Source: Vibrio vulnificus CMCP6
Lineage (GTDB): Bacteria > Pseudomonadota > Gammaproteobacteria > Enterobacterales > Vibrionaceae
Length of the DNA stretch: 32,000 nt
Direction of reading: 5' to 3'
Assembly (NCBI RefSeq): GCF_000039765.1
Contig: NC_004460.2
Location: 1,080,001-1,112,000 of the forward strand
Shown: piece after piece, positions 26,798 to 32,000 of the stretch
Layout of the letters: each line of letters opens with the position of its first letter
How positions within the stretch are numbered: position 1 is the first letter of the stretch
The notes under the pieces: model-generated
What the model was told of the DNA's origin: nothing
What the model saw: only the letters and a program-made list of their open reading frames with translations
Databases searched by the model: none
Program-made: the position numbers and the translations under genes

Positions 26798-27554
26798 CAA
26801 GGCGAACATCCACCCCCATTTCGGTGAGTTCTCGGTGGTAATCTTCGGGGATGCCACTGTCGGTGATCAGCATATCCAGTTGCTCTGGGCGCGCAATCAG
26901 ACAAAAACTTTGCCGATCAAATTTGCTTGAATCGGTAACCGCAATAACCATTTGTGCTGCCTCAACCATTCTGCGGTTAATGCTGGCTTCGCCAGAATGC
27001 GGCGTTGTCACCCCCGCCAGTTTGTCAAAACCATCAACCCCTAAGAACAGTTTGTTGAAGCGAAATTGCCCCAGCAATGCCTCACCCGATTCGCCATGTA
27101 AGGAATAGGAGTTTTTGCGCATTAAACCACCTGTGACAATCACTTCGATGTTGTCGCGGTTGGCCAAGTGGTAGGCAATGTTGATGGCATTGGTCATCAC
27201 TTTTAGGTGCTGTTTTTCCGTCAAATGAAAAGCAATTTGCTCCGTGGTTGAACCGGAATCCAAAATCAAGGTATCGCCATCTTCCACCAAAGAAGCGGCG
27301 TATTGGCCTAATAAGCTTTTGATGTCTTGATTGATCTGTTTTTTATCCTGAAGGGGCTTATCAAAGGCGAATTGGGCGTTGATCATCGCCCCACCATAGC
27401 AGCGCGTAACACAGCCTTTTTTCTCTAGAATATTGAGATCATTACGAATCGTCACTTCAGAAACCTGATACTTCACCGCAAAGTCGTTCACCGAACCACT
27501 TTGATGTTGCTGAATATGTTTAAGAATCGCGTCGCGGCGCTCGTTGGATGTCAT
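26784..27554 (-). CDS. DeoR-family regulator, paralogue of AgaR
   Basis: 256 aa, collinear with the adjacent AgaR and sharing identical blocks (RCYGGA, ILDSGST, VMTNA, KLFLGVDGFD, VIAVTDSSKF). Confidence 0.85.
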   Translation of the reverse strand: MTSNERRDAILKHIQQHQSGSVNDFAVKYQVSEVTIRNDLNILEKKGCVTRCYGGAMINAQFAFDKPLQDKKQINQDIKSLLGQYAASLVEDGDTLILDSGSTTEQIAFHLTEKQHLKVMTNAINIAYHLANRDNIEVIVTGGLMRKNSYSLHGESGEALLGQFRFNKLFLGVDGFDKLAGVTTPHSGEASINRRMVEAAQMVIAVTDSSKFDRQSFCLIARPEQLDMLITDSGIPEDYHRELTEMGVDVRLVDLL

Positions 27555-27642
27555 ACGTTCAATTTGGCAATTTTGTAAATGTGGTCGCAGTTTAGCAGTT
27601 GTTGGTCATGGTCAAAAGAATGCATACCATCTGGGTTTGCGT

Positions 27643-28557
27643 TCAGTCACTTTTTGCTGCACTTTGCATCACCAAACACCCACCGATGAAGGTGATGCCA
27701 AGCCAGCCAAGCGGTGAAATGGACTCGCCGACAACCCACACCGCTAATAGGCTGGCGATCACCGGCTCAAACAAAGTGAGTAAGTTGGCGCTGTGTACTT
27801 CAACATAACGCAGCCCAAAACCAAACAATAAATACCCTACGCACATCGGCAGCAGCGCCATGTAAATTGCCACGCTGGTATTCAGCGGAGTGGCCAATAG
27901 CTGATCGCCTGTCCACGCTAAACTGGGTAACAATAAACTGGCACCAAGCGCAAAAATCGCCCCCACTGCCGCTTGGGATTTTACGCCTTGTAAAATCATC
28001 GCTTTGGCCACCCAAGAGTAGATCGCATAGGCCAAACCGCCCGCCAAACCGAGCAAAATGCCCAGCATATAATTTGCGCCACTTTCACCATGTAGAGGAG
28101 CTTTTGCCGTGGCCAATAACGTAATACCCAGCACGCCAATGGCAAAGCTGAGCCACCAGCGTCGCGAGATGTTCACACCTTGGCCAAAAAGACGCTCTAA
28201 CATCACAGTAAAAAATGGCGCACTGGCGATGGAAATAACCGTACCTACCGCCACGCCCGCCAGTTGCATTGAGGTGTAAAAGGCCAAAGGATAAACCGCT
28301 AAGGCAACGGCACTTATCAGCAGAGGCCGCTTGAACTCAAGCAAAATGCGACATTGATAGACGATGGCACGACGGGCCAAAAACGCTTGCAACAGCCCGC
28401 CAAAGCCCATCGCAAATGCACCTATTGCTAATGGCGATACCGATTGTGTCAAACTGGCTGCCGTACCTGTCGTGCCCCAGAGCACACACGCCAGCAAGAT
28501 CGCCCCACGTCCTTTCGTCTTAGAGGTGATGGAGGAAGCCAATGCCAAATCCGTCAT
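27643..28557 (-). CDS. EamA/DMT-family (10-TM) transporter
   Basis: Two EamA-like halves, hydrophobic throughout. Start ATG 28557 (MTDLALASS...) is preferred; the ORF-track N-terminal extension is non-hydrophobic and lacks an RBS. Confidence 0.8.
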   Translation of the reverse strand: MTDLALASSITSKTKGRGAILLACVLWGTTGTAASLTQSVSPLAIGAFAMGFGGLLQAFLARRAIVYQCRILLEFKRPLLISAVALAVYPLAFYTSMQLAGVAVGTVISIASAPFFTVMLERLFGQGVNISRRWWLSFAIGVLGITLLATAKAPLHGESGANYMLGILLGLAGGLAYAIYSWVAKAMILQGVKSQAAVGAIFALGASLLLPSLAWTGDQLLATPLNTSVAIYMALLPMCVGYLLFGFGLRYVEVHSANLLTLFEPVIASLLAVWVVGESISPLGWLGITFIGGCLVMQSAAKSD

Positions 28558-28658
28558 CAGGGTTACTCTTTTTGTTAAATGATGACGATATGCTAACCAT
28601 AGAAGAACAGAATAACTTGGCCAAAAGGACGTATTAGTTGATTGTAGAGACGCTCTTT

Positions 28659-29372
28659 TTAAGCGCGACAAAAGGCTCTGGGCGACAAACCAAAATGTCG
28701 CGAGAAACGGCGACTGAAGGCAGAGAGGTCACTATAGCCCACTTGCTCGGCCACACGTTGCACCGGTAAATCGGTATGAGTCAGCAGGGCTTTGGCTTTT
28801 TCCATTCGCAGCGCGGTTATGTATTGCAATGCACTCTCACCGACGCTCTCTTTAAAACGCTTTTTAAATTGGGTTGGGCTTAAGCACGCCCGATTTGCGA
28901 GCAACTCAATGGTGAGCGGCTGGTCGAGATGTTCCACAATGTAGCTTTGCACCGTACGTATCCGCGGCTCCACCACCTGCTTTAAGGCTTGTTGAGTCAA
29001 CAACATCGAGAAAACATCAAGAATCGACGCTTCAATGCCACTGTCGACTTGGAACTCAAGCTGTTTTTCGACAAAAGAGAGAAAGCTCTGTAATGGGGGG
29101 GTAATGCGAAAAACTGGCATCTCACTCTCGTGCAGATGTACAGGCAAAGACAAGAGATCCGCAACGATAAAACGAGCCTCTTCATCGGCTTTGAAAGCAT
29201 GCTGACGACCCGCGCAGATCACAACGCAGTGACCAACGACCACTTTACCCGAGTAGTGCGGCATGGTGATTTCGATGCTGCCCTGTAAAGGCAAAACCAG
29301 CTGATGGTAGTCTTCATGAGTGTGGCTCTGCAGTTGCTTGGTGTACGCGCGAATGCTCAAGCTGTTTTTCAT
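28659..29372 (-). CDS. AraC-family transcriptional regulator (cupin sensor plus HTH)
   Basis: N-terminal cupin-like domain and C-terminal AraC double HTH (...LSPTQFKKRFKESVG...VGYSDLSAFSRRFSRHFGLSP...). Start ATG 29372 is preferred. Confidence 0.8.
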   Translation of the reverse strand: MKNSLSIRAYTKQLQSHTHEDYHQLVLPLQGSIEITMPHYSGKVVVGHCVVICAGRQHAFKADEEARFIVADLLSLPVHLHESEMPVFRITPPLQSFLSFVEKQLEFQVDSGIEASILDVFSMLLTQQALKQVVEPRIRTVQSYIVEHLDQPLTIELLANRACLSPTQFKKRFKESVGESALQYITALRMEKAKALLTHTDLPVQRVAEQVGYSDLSAFSRRFSRHFGLSPRAFCRA

Positions 29373-29548
29373 CGGTTCATTTCCATTGAGACGAAAGGGC
29401 CAGTATATCGGTGGCATCACTGACTGAGCAATTAATCAGCGAAAATGCGCTTTGGTTTTGACGGCTTTACTGAATTTGTCGTAAAACAGACCTTCATCAC
29501 CCAATCAGCCGTTCAAATTGCAGTATGACAACATGAGAATAAGCCGAC

Positions 29549-30328
29549 ATGAGCAATAAAGATTTATCAAAAATGGGCGCGGCAAAAGTATCGCTCGTCA
29601 ACCACCATGGCCAACCTTGTATTCAAAAGCAGGGCGCTTCAGCGGTTGAAATTCACTTTTATCAACATGCAGCAGACAAACTTACCGGTGTGAACACACC
29701 TCGCTTGTTGGACGTGTGTAACGATACCTTGTATATCGAACAGATTCCTCACCAAGTGACCCTGGCCGACTTGCTTAAAAATACAAACACTTTTGAGCAG
29801 TTAGCAAGTATTCATCAAACACAATATCGCCCAGACTTCGCTGTAAAAACACACCGTTGGCAAGCCGAAGACACCGAGAAAGCATTACGCTCGCTGGCAC
29901 TATCTAATCAAAATGCAAACAGCATACGCGCACTACAAACCATCAGTGGCGAGATCTTCGAACACGACGGCTTGATCTCAGGTGATTCTAACGAGGGCAA
30001 TTGGGGCACTCGCGCCTCAGGAGAACTGGTTTTGTTTGATTGGGAACGTTTTGGCTTGGGCAGCCCTGCGATTGATCTGGCGCCGTTAGTACGTGGCCTT
30101 GGTAAACTCACTGACTACCATGCTATCGCAAGTCTGTATCGCCAACACAACCCTCGCCTATCCAACGACACCCTTGTTCGGCAACTGATCTTGGTAAAAG
30201 GATGGCTCATCGTTGAAGTGACCAATTTGCTCGTTAGCCGAGAAAAACAAGAGGCCAAGATGTACATCGATTGGTACCGTAAACAGATACCAAACTGGCT
30301 CAAAGAAGTCGAATCAGGATTGTCGTAA
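29549..30328 (+). CDS. Protein-kinase-fold phosphotransferase (APH / choline-kinase family), substrate unknown
   Basis: Catalytic-loop-like ISGDSNEGNW (D...N) and metal-binding LFDWERFG (D-x-E) motifs. 259 aa, divergent from the AraC gene. Confidence 0.6.
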   Translation: MSNKDLSKMGAAKVSLVNHHGQPCIQKQGASAVEIHFYQHAADKLTGVNTPRLLDVCNDTLYIEQIPHQVTLADLLKNTNTFEQLASIHQTQYRPDFAVKTHRWQAEDTEKALRSLALSNQNANSIRALQTISGEIFEHDGLISGDSNEGNWGTRASGELVLFDWERFGLGSPAIDLAPLVRGLGKLTDYHAIASLYRQHNPRLSNDTLVRQLILVKGWLIVEVTNLLVSREKQEAKMYIDWYRKQIPNWLKEVESGLS

Positions 30329-30335
30329 CACAACG

Positions 30336-30363
30336 AAAAACGCTCACCGAAGTGAGCGTTTTT
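30336..30363. terminator. Bidirectional rho-independent terminator between convergent genes
   Basis: AAAAACGCTCAC-CGAA-GTGAGCGTTTTT: a perfect stem flanked by an A5 run and a T5 run. Confidence 0.85.
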
Positions 30364-30383
30364 GATATTCGAGTGTGTTTGGC

Positions 30384-31583
30384 TTAGCCAATCATGCGTT
30401 CGCTGCTTGCAACAAATTCATTCAGCGCAATAGTTTGAGCGCGTTTAAAGAAGTTAAAATCGGTCGCGGTTGCACTGGTGTAGGCACCCATGGTGCGGCC
30501 AATTACCAAATCGCCATTGTTCAATTTTGGCAGCAGAATGTTTTCTGCAATCACATCCACGCTGTCGCACGTTGGGCCAGAAAGTACGCTTGGGATCAGC
30601 TCGCCACCTTGTTTGATGGTGGTGAGCGGATAACGCGCATCGTCAAACATCAAACCACTGAACGAGCCATAAATACCGTCATCCAAGTAGTACCAAATTT
30701 GCCCTTCACGCTCGGCTTGCCCCATCACTGAAGCCACACTGGTCACCGCAGGTGCACAGATAAAGCGACCCGGTTCAGCCAAAACGTGGACCGTTTCTGG
30801 CAACAAGCTTAGCGCTTCATTAATTGGCGCGCAGAATTGATCAATCGGCATCACTTGTTGGGTGTAGTTCACAGGGAAGCCACCACCAATATCAAGCGTG
30901 CTCAACGCTGGCAAACCGCGTTCAACCACTTGTTCCATCACATGTCGGCAAGTGTGGATCGCTTCAACATACTTGTTTGGGTTAGTAGTTTGTGAGCCCA
31001 CATGGAACGACAAACCTTTGATGCGAATATTCCACTCTTTTGCCGTTTCGATGATCACTAATGCCTGCTCTGGTGAACAACCAAACTTCTTCGACAAGTC
31101 AGCAAACGCTTCTGAATTGCGGAAGCTCAAGCGCACCAATAACTCGACGTCATCGCGATACGCTTTGAATTTTTCCAGTTCATTCAAGTTATCCACTACA
31201 AATACGTTGCAACCGTAAGCCAGTGCATCACGAATATCGGCATCACGCTTGATTGGGTGAGTGTGGATAGTGAGATCCGCCGGTACGCCTTCAGAAGCGA
31301 CCAACTCCACTTCCCCTGTTGTTGCAAGGTCGAAACTCGCCCCTTCTGCTAACAAAGTACGCACCACCACTGGGTGTGGCAGCGGTTTTAATGCGTAGTG
31401 CAGCGTCACGTTTGGCAACGCGTTTTTCAAAGCGCGGTACTGCTGACGAATCACATCGCAGTCCAATAGCAAGAGTGGCGCACCAAATTGCTCAACCGAC
31501 GCTTCGATCAAGTGGATTTCTTCTGCGCTTAGCACTGGTGAAGTTAGTGAATGAATATCAAAAATAGATTGTGAATGTGCCAT
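30384..31583 (-). CDS. PLP-dependent group IV (alanine-racemase-fold) lysine/ornithine decarboxylase
   Basis: HYALKPLP (PLP-Lys region), DIGGGFP, GPTCDS and the EPGR-type motif AEPGRF. 399 aa from ATG 31583 (GGAGG RBS). A dual Lys/Orn decarboxylase of this fold is known from V. vulnificus. Confidence 0.85.
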   Translation of the reverse strand: MAHSQSIFDIHSLTSPVLSAEEIHLIEASVEQFGAPLLLLDCDVIRQQYRALKNALPNVTLHYALKPLPHPVVVRTLLAEGASFDLATTGEVELVASEGVPADLTIHTHPIKRDADIRDALAYGCNVFVVDNLNELEKFKAYRDDVELLVRLSFRNSEAFADLSKKFGCSPEQALVIIETAKEWNIRIKGLSFHVGSQTTNPNKYVEAIHTCRHVMEQVVERGLPALSTLDIGGGFPVNYTQQVMPIDQFCAPINEALSLLPETVHVLAEPGRFICAPAVTSVASVMGQAEREGQIWYYLDDGIYGSFSGLMFDDARYPLTTIKQGGELIPSVLSGPTCDSVDVIAENILLPKLNNGDLVIGRTMGAYTSATATDFNFFKRAQTIALNEFVASSERMIG

Positions 31584-31606
31584 AGCAAACCTCCAAAGTA
31601 ATGGGG

Positions 31607-31645
31607 CACTTTTCATACATAAGAGATGAATGGGTATGAAAAGTG
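31607..31645. promoter_or_regulatory. Perfect 12-bp inverted repeat CACTTTTCATAC-N15-GTATGAAAAGTG in the decarboxylase leader
   Basis: Read directly from the sequence. On the mRNA sense strand the 3' arm ends 11 nt before the GGAGG RBS. It could be an operator or an RNA stem-loop. Confidence 0.5.
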
Positions 31646-32000
31646 GAGCGTCAATAAAAGCGCTGGTGCGCCGTCAAAGTCACTCTTGGATAGTTGCTCT
31701 ATCGCCTTGCCACATAAAACAGCTGTGATGTACTCGGATTGGCTATCATCAAGAAGCGATGCGATAGTAAGGTCATAATTTACTCAGCGCAATAAAAAAT
31801 GTCCCAAGAAAGGTAACAATTTTTTGTTGTCAGGATTACATCTCGCAATGGATAAATATTTATATAATTTGCTTATATATTTAGGTTGGCGTGTTTAAAG
31901 GAATGAAGTAGCCCACCAACTTTAGAAATAGGGTTTGTGCTCACCGAACATCACTTGAGCCAAACGGACGAATGGGTAAAAATCAACGTTTCAGCAGCGC

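Overview
This window looks like an accessory and metabolic region of a Vibrio genome. My best guess is V. vulnificus-like, based on the iutR-iutA arrangement and an eukaryotic-type Lys/Orn decarboxylase; that is inference, not a search result. I found no rRNA, tRNA, CRISPR array, IS element, integrase or phage genes.

Gene content from left to right:
- 3' end of an outer-membrane beta-barrel gene.
- A membrane GGDEF diguanylate cyclase (-).
- A ~1.2 kb AT-rich stretch with no convincing gene. It holds an N-terminal remnant of a choloylglycine-hydrolase/penicillin-V-acylase gene and a promoter-plus-terminator pair that could be a ~100-nt sRNA.
- A DnaQ-like DEDDh exonuclease (+).
- A five-gene, translationally coupled MacB-type tripartite efflux operon (-): MFP, TolC-like OMP, two separate FtsX permeases, ATPase.
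- A very acidic 125-aa protein with a CxxC pair near each end (+).
- A Fur-box-controlled hydroxamate (aerobactin-type) xenosiderophore uptake cluster (+): FhuF-like reductase, FhuC/D/B-like ABC importer, GntR-type IutR, TonB-dependent IutA. No biosynthesis genes are present.
- An ~8 kb GalNAc/GalN PTS plus tagatose-bisphosphate pathway operon (-): agaR-agaZ-agaS-IIB-IIC-IID-IIA-agaA-kbaY.
- A ~330-bp gap packed with CTTTC-core operator-like repeats, then a second, separately terminated DeoR paralogue.
- EamA/DMT transporter and AraC regulator (-), an APH/choline-kinase-fold phosphotransferase (+), and a group-IV PLP Lys/Orn decarboxylase (-) with a 12-bp perfect inverted repeat in its leader.

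Nothing here resembles a defence system or mobile element. The most unusual features are regulatory: the operator array with tandem DeoR paralogues, an inverted repeat overlapping the iutA Fur box, the decarboxylase leader palindrome, and the candidate sRNA. The uncharacterised acidic Cys-knuckle protein next to the ferric reductase is also worth a look. Many ORF-track starts are over-extended, so I re-set starts where an RBS or a stop/start junction supports it. All motif counts were done by hand.
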